64,000 bases of DNA from Takakia lepidozioides (lineage: Eukaryota; Plantae; Bryophyta), in NCBI GenBank assembly GCA_030704615.1, contig CM060733.1:62372001-62436000 (forward strand). The letters run 5' to 3'. Both the position numbers and the translations under genes were made by a program. This document shows, piece by piece, positions 25,530 to 35,553 of this stretch (within the stretch, counting starts at the first letter, position 1; each line of letters begins with the position of its first letter). Below the pieces are notes generated by a model. The model saw nothing but the letters and a program-made list of their open reading frames with translations. It was not told where the DNA came from and did no database searches.

Positions 25530-26110
25530 CCCCCCCATTTTATTTATTTATTGGTTTTCTAATCTCTCCCTCTCTCTGTCCCTCTCTCTCCCTCTCTCCC
25601 TCTCCCTCTATAAATCTTTGGATTTCATCTGGCCTTAACCTTTTGAGGTTATTAGTTTTTCATCCTTGCCTTTTTTCATCCAAATCTGGATGATTTTATT
25701 TTATTATTGGATGATGAAACTTAATATACAGAAAGCTAGAGTTACCATCTATTTTTTTCATCTAAAGTGGATGATCTACATAAATAATGGTTACCTATTA
25801 TAAAATCCAAGAGAATAATAAAACTACCATCATAAATGATGGCAGTTATTAAACCTAAACCTATACCATAACCCTAAAAGATACATTTCTATGGGATGTC
25901 ATCCAGTGAAAAAATGCCTATCTTGGTAAAATGTGATATTTCATCCATCCTGGATGAAAAATCGGGAAGTTTTGCCCTAAGCAGGCCGACACACTTCAAG
26001 CACTGAACTCGTGCTTCAGTGAACCTTGATGATGCGCCGTATAAACCTGCTCCCCTGCTGCTACATGGTACTCGTGATTGCTGGCTCTTGGGATGCGCAG
26101 TGGTGGTTAA
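25530..26110 (+). repeat. TCATCC/GGATGA motif-rich non-coding block followed by the start of a small ORF, copy 1
   Basis: Same layout as 40870-41750: C-run, TTTA repeats, CT-rich tract, CATCC/GGATG cluster, GAAAAATCGGG..GCCCTA, then CC..LLGMR(S/N)GG coding sequence. Confidence 0.7.
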
Positions 26111-27525
26111 ACAGATTCTTCTATGGCAGACGACAAAGCCGTGATTGCTCTGATCAGGAACTCATGGTTCTTTATTTTGCAGCGGCGCTTTTACTCCTTG
26201 TTGGGAAGTACTCTATCCCTATTTATCTACAGATTACTTGTTGCTCTCTCTTCGTGTATGAGCCACTCTCTAGCTGTGAACGCTTCTACTCTGATTGCGT
26301 TCTGTTGGAGACAATCTGTTGGACGCCATGGCGCAGGGCATACCACAAACACTCAAGGTTTTTTGAGTTTACCATTGTTTGAATTGTGATCTGTACTTGC
26401 TTTAGAATTCAACACTGACATGGATAGCAACTGTGAAGACCTGCCACTTACCTGCTGCATCCTCACTAACACACATCGCTATGTGGTGGTTTTTGGGACG
26501 GGCACAGGTGAGGGTCTTCACTTGTCTTGATTTCTTGAAGCTTGCAGTTCCTGTTCTTGCAAGTGTGGATACTGCTGCTGCCTAAGCTGCTGATGCCATC
26601 TGCTGTTTCAAACTGCCACCATGCCGCTTCAGACCTGCTCCAAGATTGCTACAATGAGGATCTGCTTCTCTCCTTACCCCTGTTTATGGTTTTTTACAAC
26701 CACATTTGCATGTGTAGGAGTTTAGCTATGAAGGATACAAGGATACAAAATAGCAGTTATTACTTTGACTGCCTTGATACTTGGCTCTGAAATGAGAACT
26801 CTTGGTATGACTCTGATGGATCAAAAGGATAGGCTTTGATAGATAACACACATTCTTCAAGGCCCTCATATCATTTTGGTTTCATGGCTTGATAACAAAC
26901 TGGGGTTTCTGAGCTGCTCTTTCACCTTGGCAGAACTACTTTATGTGGCCTTAAAATACCATTCTATACCTGCTTAAGGGGGCTCTACACTGTTGTTTCT
27001 TCTTCCTTTTTAAGAATCTTGCTTATATCTTGGTTCTAAAACATCATCTTCAAAACAAACCAGCAATCTGGTTTTTGAAATGAGTTTAAAATGGATTCTT
27101 GAGATGATGATGTGTACTATGGTGCTTTCATGATATGAATGACCTGGAATCCAACCCTCCCGCCCTGTTTTTTCAGAGACCCTGAAATGTAATTGGGTAT
27201 TCAAATGAGATTGTAAACATGAAAGAGAATGTTAGATGGTGCCCTGTAAATGGCTGTTTTGTCTTTCAATGACAATGACCTTAGCGGTCTTGTCCATGTC
27301 TTGACATGACATGTATATCTTCCCTCTCTTTATTTGATCAGTGTACTTAGTGGTTTTTGTACACACCATCTACCCTTACCTTTCTCCTTTTCACCTTCTC
27401 ATTTTGTTATATTGACAAATGTTCTCGGGGGGCTTTGACAGAAAGTCACCAAAGGAGGTCCTAGCTGGAATGAGGACCTCATAGCCTTGGGGTATTAGTC
27501 CCCACTACCTCCTCCAATTCCTGCT

Positions 27526-28600
27526 GTGCAGGCAACCCTCGCACAAGTCACACCAAGTGACTTCCATGCTGCATTGCAAAAGATGGATACTGAGGCCGTG
27601 GAAAATTCAGGTGATGAAAACCCCGTGTTATTACTTGAAACCTTGGCTTTGGAAAATTGGGTTGCACTTGGCATCATGGCAAATAAGAATGGCAGGTACC
27701 TGGAGAAGCTTCAAGAATTCAATACTAAAATGATTGAGGTACTGGAAGATGATGCCGAGGAGCTGATACAATGGGAAAAGAAGGGATCAGCCATTGAGGC
27801 AGCTCTTAGAATGGCAAACCCAGAAGATGACCAGACTGTCTCCACGCAGAAATCTACAAACACATCTGAAAAAGACTTCATCCCTTCTGTAAGTAATCAC
27901 CCAATCCTTGGGCACATGATTTTACCGGATGAAGAAAAAGAGGCAGTGAGAGAATTCTGTGAACAAGTAGAAATCTCACAAGTGGAACAAGAAAGGGCAG
28001 CAGGTGCCACTCCTGGAAATCTGCAATTTGTCCCTTGGTTGCCTCCCCGTGCAGTTGAATTAGAGGTTGCCAATAACGATCACATGATGTGGCACCCACA
28101 TGCTAATATCAATTTATTGGCACCCATTTCTATTGAAATGTGGGTCAAATGGGGCAATATAACTCCTGCTGAACGCAGTAGGTGTGCACATGATGCTAAG
28201 GAGGGTTTTCAGATAATAAAAAAGGAACCTATTTGCTGTGGCATGGCCACTAAGGACCTTCTACTACAAGCTCTGTGACAAAGGTGAGAACCTTACCCTG
28301 AGGACCAAAAATGACTTGCCGACTGGTTTGGCCAGATCCAAAAATCACAAGAGTCAACTCTTCAACTGGCATCGTCCCTACATAAGATGTAACTGTGGAC
28401 AAGGAGGGGCACCCTCTTCTTGCATTGGGAGTGTTGCTTGGTTTGACCATATGGTATGGTATATGCTGAACAATCTGATTGTGTTCTTCCCTGATGATGC
28501 CTATCCTTCGGTGCAAACCAAGTATTACAGCTTTCTGGTATGGATCATGCGGTTATGCACTATCTTAACCAAGATAGTAAATGCCAATCGTACAAATTGA
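27526..28600 (+). pseudogene. Unknown acidic/coiled-coil protein with a GRF-like zinc finger, frameshifted
   Basis: ORF 27526-28278 ends near ICCG; the next frame has RSKN..NWHRPYIRC..C..VAWFD, resembling zf-GRF spacing. Confidence 0.45.
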
Positions 28601-28840
28601 GACACCACACTATGGGCATTCAGGACATCATACAAGGTAACCACGAAGCATACATTTTGTTGAATGGAGCAGAGGCACTATTACCTATTGAATGTATGAT
28701 ACCCACACTACGAACCGGGACTCATGAACGATGGGGTTTAGAAGAATCCTTACGAGTCAGGGAATACGAATTATTCGATTTGGAAGAAGTTCGAGCAGAT
28801 GCCGCAGATAATATGGCACGAATTTAGGAACAACGAAGGA
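28600..28840 (+). mobile_element. Gypsy integrase C-terminal fragment
   Basis: GAEALLPIECMIPTLRT..LEES.RVR..EL..LEEVRADAADNMARI matches the element at 17860-18020. Confidence 0.85.
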
Positions 28841-29109
28841 ACAGAATTGTCGAGCGGCTTTTACTCAGGCTCATCCATGAATGTAGCCGTTTTAGTTTCC
28901 TTCCCTGCCATGCAAACTATGGGCAGTAAGTGCCAGGTGGGCCTATAGCCACTCGAGACGACGAAGTCCATCCGCCCTTCGATGTAAATGCGGCGCCGAA
29001 TTTCCATCCGGGGGATGGACTTCGGTGGCAGATTTCAAACTATACCCCCTGGATGAGAAAGACGTATCGGTTCATCCACCGCTGGCGTTATGAACACGTT
29101 ACACGATGA

Positions 29110-29823
29110 TTGGTGGGTACTTGTGACCCAGATGCTCCATTATTGGAGCCCGCACTGCTCTTTCGCTTCTCATCATTTCGAAAATCTAAGGGCTTCGTTG
29201 TTGTCCGCAAGGTCATTGTCATCTGCATCAAAGACGTCCTCAGGTCCTCCTTTGCAAGGATGTCGTGCTTCCGGAACCGGGACGACTGCCCTTATGGAGG
29301 CATCGATTATGCAATGTATTTGGCCACATCGGGAGACATCGTTATCTGGTACACAGATTACACAGAAGATACTGGTTCAAATGTGGAAACATTGTCCGCT
29401 TTTGAGTATCTCCCAGGCCAGTACGCCTTCGAGCAGGGTGACGATCTTGGTCTGAGGAGTCCGTGGCTCCTGCGCATCCTTGATTCCGATTTTCCCAGCT
29501 ACGACGGGCACCCATGCAGAAGAATGCGCACTGCTATGCTGTTGCGGTGGAACTGCTGCCAGTGGACGTGGGTGGACTCCATCAGAGAGACTTATACTCC
29601 TGAAGGAGAGCGCTCATCTTCTCCATTGTATGGGGACATTCGCATTGGTGTGGACGACGAAAACGTGAAGCTTTCCATATTCGATGGTGGTATGATTGAA
29701 GGGCAGGACATTGTGGTGAACATCAACAGGGGCGGTACAACGGCTGCAATCCAGTTTACCTGGAGGAGCCCGATGACTCATGAGCTAATTCTCAGAGCAG
29801 TCGAAGTCCCATTGACAAGGTGA
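29110..29823 (+). CDS. Orphan protein A (intact frame; first ATG at 29260)
   Basis: 237-codon open frame; strong protein similarity to 31511-32105; AATAAA at ~29906. Confidence 0.7.
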   Translation: MVGTCDPDAPLLEPALLFRFSSFRKSKGFVVVRKVIVICIKDVLRSSFARMSCFRNRDDCPYGGIDYAMYLATSGDIVIWYTDYTEDTGSNVETLSAFEYLPGQYAFEQGDDLGLRSPWLLRILDSDFPSYDGHPCRRMRTAMLLRWNCCQWTWVDSIRETYTPEGERSSSPLYGDIRIGVDDENVKLSIFDGGMIEGQDIVVNINRGGTTAAIQFTWRSPMTHELILRAVEVPLTR

Positions 29824-30291
29824 CTTGTATTCAGAAGGCACAGGGCTAAAGATTTGTTTGCACAATCAGCACAGTAGACGTGCTTCAAATGCAATTCATG
29901 TGGATCAATAAAAACCCCATTGTGCCCTCTTTTTGTTCTATTTTGTATCCATCGTTCCCAAAATGCGTCATTCCTCATTTCGTTTGGGATTGGGAGTGTG
30001 GGTGGATTTTGCAAGTGGCCGGTAGGCTGAAATGGGCCCCCATTGTACAGAGCAGTACCACCCTACCATTCGCGAAACATTGCCTTTCAATATGTAATTC
30101 TAAAAAACATTGCCGAACCTCCTTCATCGGGAGGTCCTTCTCCCCCTATGACCGTGACACCCTAAACCCTATTCCCGCGGACACTCATTTCCGGAAAATA
30201 GTCATGTCATGTTTTTTTCGACACTTACGACTCTGCTCATGGCTCATGAAATAGCAGCCCCCCTACTGTTTCTTCAGAGGACTCTTTTGAC

Positions 30292-31235
30292 ATGGCAGAG
30301 GACTATGCACTTCAGATGGTAGAGAAGAAACGACGGGGATCTCCTATGCCTGAGAGGTTACCTCGTTATCAGCCAAAGGAGGGTCAGACATTTCCAGGTA
30401 GTGCTCAATCATCTCCATTAGCCAGTGACAGGACTCGGGCTCGCACACGGAGTCCTTCACGAGACTCTCACCGTCAAAAGGGTGCTTGCTCACAAAGGTT
30501 TGCTAATCTCAAACAGTAAACCGTGAGGACACGACTTTTTGAGAGGGGGAGAGGTAATGTTAGAGGGCTGCTTGGGACTTAGATGTTTTTATGGGTTCTG
30601 TGGGGTACCCTTAATTTTTGCACAGACTGAGACCAATAGGAGCCTTAGGGGTGGCAGGAGCAGGCTTTAGGGGGGTTACACAGCCCGACACAGCTTCGCA
30701 CAGCCAGTCACAGCCCGACACAGCTTTACACAGCCAGTCACAGCTCGGCACAGCTTGACACAGCCTATCACAGTACATGGGGAACAGTTATCATTGACAG
30801 GGAATGACTGTGAGGGAACGACATCTGCAGAGGGAACATGTTACTTTAGGGGTGACGGTTAGTTAGTTAGGTGGTTAGAACAGCTTGCGGGTAGATTAGG
30901 AGAGCGGCAACGGGAAGGGGATCACTTCTGGAGGAGGGCGACTTGTTAAAGGGAGGAAGAGACGTAACAGAGAGCGAGAAACAGTGAAGAGGAGATGATG
31001 ACTTGAATGAGGCTTAGTTCATGCAAGCTGTATAATTATACAATAGGATAGAATAGAGACACCATGGCATAGGCATGATACACGATTAATCTTAAATCCG
31101 ATACTGAATCAATACAAACATACTGTGTAGAGAGACACGAGAGAAGCTGTGGAATGAATGCATGATTAACTGGAACTTAGTAGATACTGAAGCAATCTGA
31201 TGCTTCAGTATACACGGTAAGGTAAATTGATAACA
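30292..31235 (+). mobile_element. 3' end of an LTR retrotransposon: polypurine tract plus LTR (30558-31235)
   Basis: PPT GAGAGGGGGAGAGG at 30541-30554, then TGTTA.. at 30558; candidate end ..TAACA at 31235; internal CACAGC repeats resemble 17390-17470 on the opposite strand. Confidence 0.65.
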
Positions 31236-31510
31236 TGAAGGCAGGAAGGAATACAAATAGGATGCACAACCATGATTCACTAGCTGCAGGTCATGACTCA
31301 TTGTTCTGAGCGGGCTGAGTGCTTAGAGATATCCAACTCTTCTATCTTGGAGTTTCCACCTCGGATAGCGAAGGGATGGATTCATCCGTGCAGGTTCTTG
31401 TCGGGGGGAAATTTAAATGTGCCCTGGAGTGTTTGTGAGGAATTGCAGCGTTTGCTTGAATTTCTTCCAGCCACCGCGCTGCTGCCTCCTCCATCCGGGA
31501 GCTGCTGTCA

Positions 31511-32105
31511 TTGAGCGTACTTCGCTACTCTTTTTCAGGGATGCCGTGCCGCCAAAATCCTGCTGACTGCCCTTATCATGGCCACGATTATGCTATGTTC
31601 AAACCAGAATCAGGAGACATCATTGTCTGGCTCTTTGTTTTCACAGACGCTTCTGGAATCAAGCGGGAGTCTTTGCGCGCAATGGAGTATCTGGAGGGCT
31701 ATTACCGCTTTGAGCAAGGTGAGGGCGAGGGTCAATGCGGTCCTTGGGTCCTGAAAATTGTTGACCTCGATATACCAAGGTGGAATGGGATGCCGGACAG
31801 ATCACGCACGACCTCACTTTGGCGCTGGAACTGCTGCCAGTGGACCAGGGAGGACGGCACCGGGGAAAACTATATTCGTGGAGTTCACTCCGCTTTTCCA
31901 GTGGCTGAGTTGCGAAGACGAATCGCACGGACACAGGAGGCCCACAGTGACCTTGTCAATGTATGATGGTGGTATGATTGATGGGCATGACATTGTCGTC
32001 AGCTCCACCAAGGGCACCAGATCGACCGCATTGCAGTTTACCTCGAGGTGCCGCATCAGTAATGAGCTTGTTTTGAGGGCTATCAAAGTTCCGTCGACTT
32101 GGTGA
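31511..32105 (+). pseudogene. Orphan protein B, paralogue of 29110-29823, one frameshift
   Basis: Shares DCPY.G.DYAM, SGDI, EYL.G.Y.FEQG, RWNCCQWT, DGGMI.G.DIVV and EL.LRA..VP with protein A; AATAAA at ~32175. Confidence 0.72.
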
Positions 32106-32329
32106 CGCCCATGTAGAAGAAGGAAGGGCTTAGATTTGTCTGGAGTTGCTAAATGTGAGACACCGTGTTCGATCAATAAAACAACCCATCGTACCTCACT
32201 TCTGTGTGCTTGTGTTTCATCGTGTTCAAGAACTGCCGTAATTGGCCCACTGTTTACAATTTGAGGTCTCATTTGTACAATGTGTCTGTCCATATGACTA
32301 TACCAGAGTCAGCGATATCAGAGTCCTGA

Positions 32330-33330
32330 GGTGAAGAAAATCCATCTACATGTACTCAAAAATGCATCTCGGGTCAACGAGTACCAGGTCCCTGCAGATC
32401 TGCTTGTTTTGCACTTCTTGATGACATCAGGATGTAGCTATGTGCGGAACTCATCAAGCTTCATCAAACCAATTCTTTGAATGCGGAATAGTGTGTGGAC
32501 CAAGCTCGTAGTAACATGCGATTTCTTTGTCGATCTGCAAACAGGGAATACACATTAGGTAAGAAATATTTAACGTTTGGACTTGAAATGCGCAGAACAT
32601 GCAATTTGAAAGGCAATGGGTTTTTGAGGAAGTCCTACTGTTCATGTCATGCATAGCTGTCAGAAGTCTGGCGATGTCGTTCCCAGGATCCAGAACCATT
32701 GCCTCCACAGCACAATGCATGTCCTTGTCTTTTGAATGGTGTTTCGCAATGTACCCCATCCAAGCTAGCAAGCGATGGTTCCCGTCCCAAACATAGAACA
32801 TGTGGTTGCAGAACTGCTGGGTGTTATGTCCAAGCAGCAGAGAGTCCTCAAACTCGTCATTCACATCCTTCCAACAATCATCCCAATTGTCCGTAATCTC
32901 TGGGCTCACTTTTGTGCTGTGACCATTAGTATCCTTCAGTGAGACGTAAAAAACTTGTGCACCCATTCTATACCTGTGCACGAAATCTGTTTCCAACTTG
33001 GTAATGTCATGCGAAAGTGGAGGACGAACAACAGGCATGGAGATCATCCGGCAGAGAGGGATTTCAAGACGTCCTCCAGAGACGATCATGTCCCTAATAA
33101 CCTCCTGGGAATTTACCTTTTGATATGACATAAGTTCTTTCACCTTGTCAAGGTAGTGCAATTCAGGCTCGTCGATGTCTTCGCTGTTCTCATAACTCTT
33201 TGTGGAGTCATCCCCTTCTCCAGAGCCCTTTGCATCTATTTTTGCCTGCTTGGACTTTACATTTTTCTGCATACCCAAAACCGCCACAATAGCAACATTC
33301 AACTGGTGTTCAGGAAAACAGACATTTCAA
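32330..33330 (-). pseudogene. ParB/Srx-like domain protein fragment with a probable intron
   Basis: IPLCRM..VRP....I.KLE..F....FYV..MFYVWDGNHRLLAWM..LL.AMHDMN; probable intron ~32638-32537, after which coding continues (SHVTTSLVHTLFRIQRIG). Confidence 0.65.
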
Positions 33331-33335
33331 CAGAG

Positions 33336-33746
33336 TGACGATCGGTACCGACCATCACTTTGTCTTCTAACAACTGAATGGAAATTCTAGTTGGTTTCCC
33401 AATGCACCTTGACTCAGTTCTCACTAGACTGCGATGATCAGTGCCAACCATCAGGATGATGCAAGCGATGGTCGGTACCGCACATCACCACAAGACAACA
33501 TTGGGATGCAAACACCCACGAGGTCTGAATGTGATGGTCGGCACCGATCATCACTATAAGTCAGAATCCCTTCTATCACTCACTGAACTTGATCTCCTCT
33601 TTTGGATTCTGGTGCATTGCCAATCTGTTCAAAAAGTGATGATCGGTACCGATCATCCCAATCAGATTGCATTAGGAAGCGAAACCCATGAGGTCTGAGT
33701 GTGATGGTCGGCACTGATTATCACTCTTAGTCAGAATCCCTTCTAC
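33336..33746. repeat. Six degenerate copies of the 24-bp palindrome GTGATGATCGGTACCGATCATCAC, partly within a ~170-bp tandem duplication
   Basis: Copies near 33336, 33433, 33465, 33531, 33637 and 33701; 33466-33575 resembles 33637-33746. Confidence 0.88.
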
Positions 33747-33751
33747 ATGGA

Positions 33752-34103
33752 GGGACCTATAGCCGCAAAATTTGGTACCATTTTTCGCCGGAGGCACCTA
33801 TTACCGCGAAATACGTCGCCATTTTCTTCGGTTGCGGAACCTATTACCGCGAAATTCGGCGCCATTTTTACAGATGTCGCTCGGAATTTCCATGAGCGCA
33901 AGAGAAAATATCATGAGCACGGCTCCCAAAACTTCAATTTCAGCTTCAAACAATGAAAATTATATTATTATTGTTCTGACATATTCCATTAAAATAATAT
34001 TTTAATGGTTTTTAATTCCAAAATTTGAACTTCTGCTCATGAAAACCGATTGTCTTACTACTCCGCTCATGCCGCTCATGCTCATGAAATAGCTAACCTC
34101 CCC
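33752..34103. repeat. Putative DNA-transposon terminus with subterminal repeats
   Basis: Three ACCTAT(T/A)(A/G)CCGC(G/A)AAAT repeats; ends GCTCATGCTCATGAAATAGCTAACCTCCCC, similar to 30235-30266. Confidence 0.5.
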
Positions 34104-34153
34104 GCTACATGGGAGTCGTACAAGGCTATATCCCCTTCAAATGGGAAGACATG

Positions 34154-34234
34154 AACAACCAACATGTAGCCCAGCGGTAAGGGCATATACCCTCTTACAA
34201 GTGGTTGTGGGTTCAAACCACCCTATTGGTTGTT
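34154..34234 (+). other. Degenerate tRNA-like sequence (SINE head or tRNA pseudogene)
   Basis: A-box TAGCCCAGCGG and B-box GGTTCAAACC; flanks AACAACCAA and TTGGTTGTT can pair. Confidence 0.55.
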
Positions 34235-34489
34235 ACAAAGGTGTCCACCTTCCTACCGGAAGGCAGTAGCCCTTCTGGGTCAAGTGACACCATAAGTTAC
34301 GCTTGCTTTGGCAACGCGTCCACCTTTTTTTGGGGGGGGGGAGACATGTCGGCTAGACTCGCGCCCGGCCCACATTGAAACACCTATCCATGCGTCTAGT
34401 GATCAAGAACAAACATGTCAATGGCAATCGAGAGTAGCCATAGTAAATCCATGAATATCTATAGAAGACAATGGACTCTAATAATGACA

Positions 34490-35545
34490 CCGCAATTACA
34501 AGAATCACGTCACCTTGGGGTACTTTTGCTTACACAAGGATGCCATTCGGTCTTTGCAACGCTCCTTTAACCTTCCAACGTGTCATGACGTATGCCTTCT
34601 CTGACATTGTGAGGAAGAATTTGGTTATATTTTTGGATGATTTCTGGTGCAATGGTGACGAAGAAGATCATGTGGACGCCTTGCGGGAATGTTTCATTCG
34701 TTGTCGGGAGAATGGCATCTCTCTCAATCCTATGAAGTGTGTATTTGCAGTCACTCATGGACTGTTATTGGGGCACATTGTGTTCAAAGACGGAGTGGCG
34801 ACGGACCCTTCAAAGGTGGCCGTCATTGTCAAGTTACCACCTCCAAAGACGCCCTCGAAGGTGAAAGGATTCCTTGGCCACACAGGATGGTATAGGAAAT
34901 TTATGGACAAGTATGCAAAAGAGACATTACCAATGACACGCTTGTTGAAGAAGAACCAAGTGTTTTCATGGGATGCAGGTTGTCAAGAGTCTTTTGAGAT
35001 CTTGAAACAAAGACTAATCTCAGCCCCAATTCTGGCAGCACCGGACTGGAACAAACCTTTTCATGTTTATGTTGATGCATCAGCGGTGGCCATAGGATGT
35101 GCCCTATGCCAGCCGGACGCAGAGGGTCATGATCACCCCATAGCATTTGCTAGTCGTCAGCTCAACTTTGCAGAGACAAGGTATAGCACCACGGAGAGGG
35201 AGGCGCTAAGCATGATATTTGCGGTTAAGAAATATAGGCATTATCTGCTTGAGACCCCTTTCACGTTTTTTGTTGATCACATGGCTTTACGTTACCTCAT
35301 TAACAAGCCAAACTTGTCAGGAGGCATAGCCAGGTGGATCATTTTGCTACAGGAGTTCAATTACAAGGTCGTTTACAAGCCGGGCAAGCTAAACGCTTAG
35401 GCAGACCACCTCTCTCGACTTTCAGACGAACAGGGCGAGGAGGCAATAGATGACGATTTTCATGATGCATTTCTCTTCGCCATTGAGATGGTGCCTCCAT
35501 GGTACGAAGACATTGCACAATATGTCGCGGCCCTTTGCCTTGAGG
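34490..35545 (+). mobile_element. pol: Ty3/gypsy RT-RNase H fragment
   Basis: RMPFGLCNAP.TFQR, IFLDD, VYVDAS, YSTTEREAL, VDHMAL, YKPGKLNA*ADHLSR. Confidence 0.93.
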
Positions 35546-35553
35546 GCAGGGGG

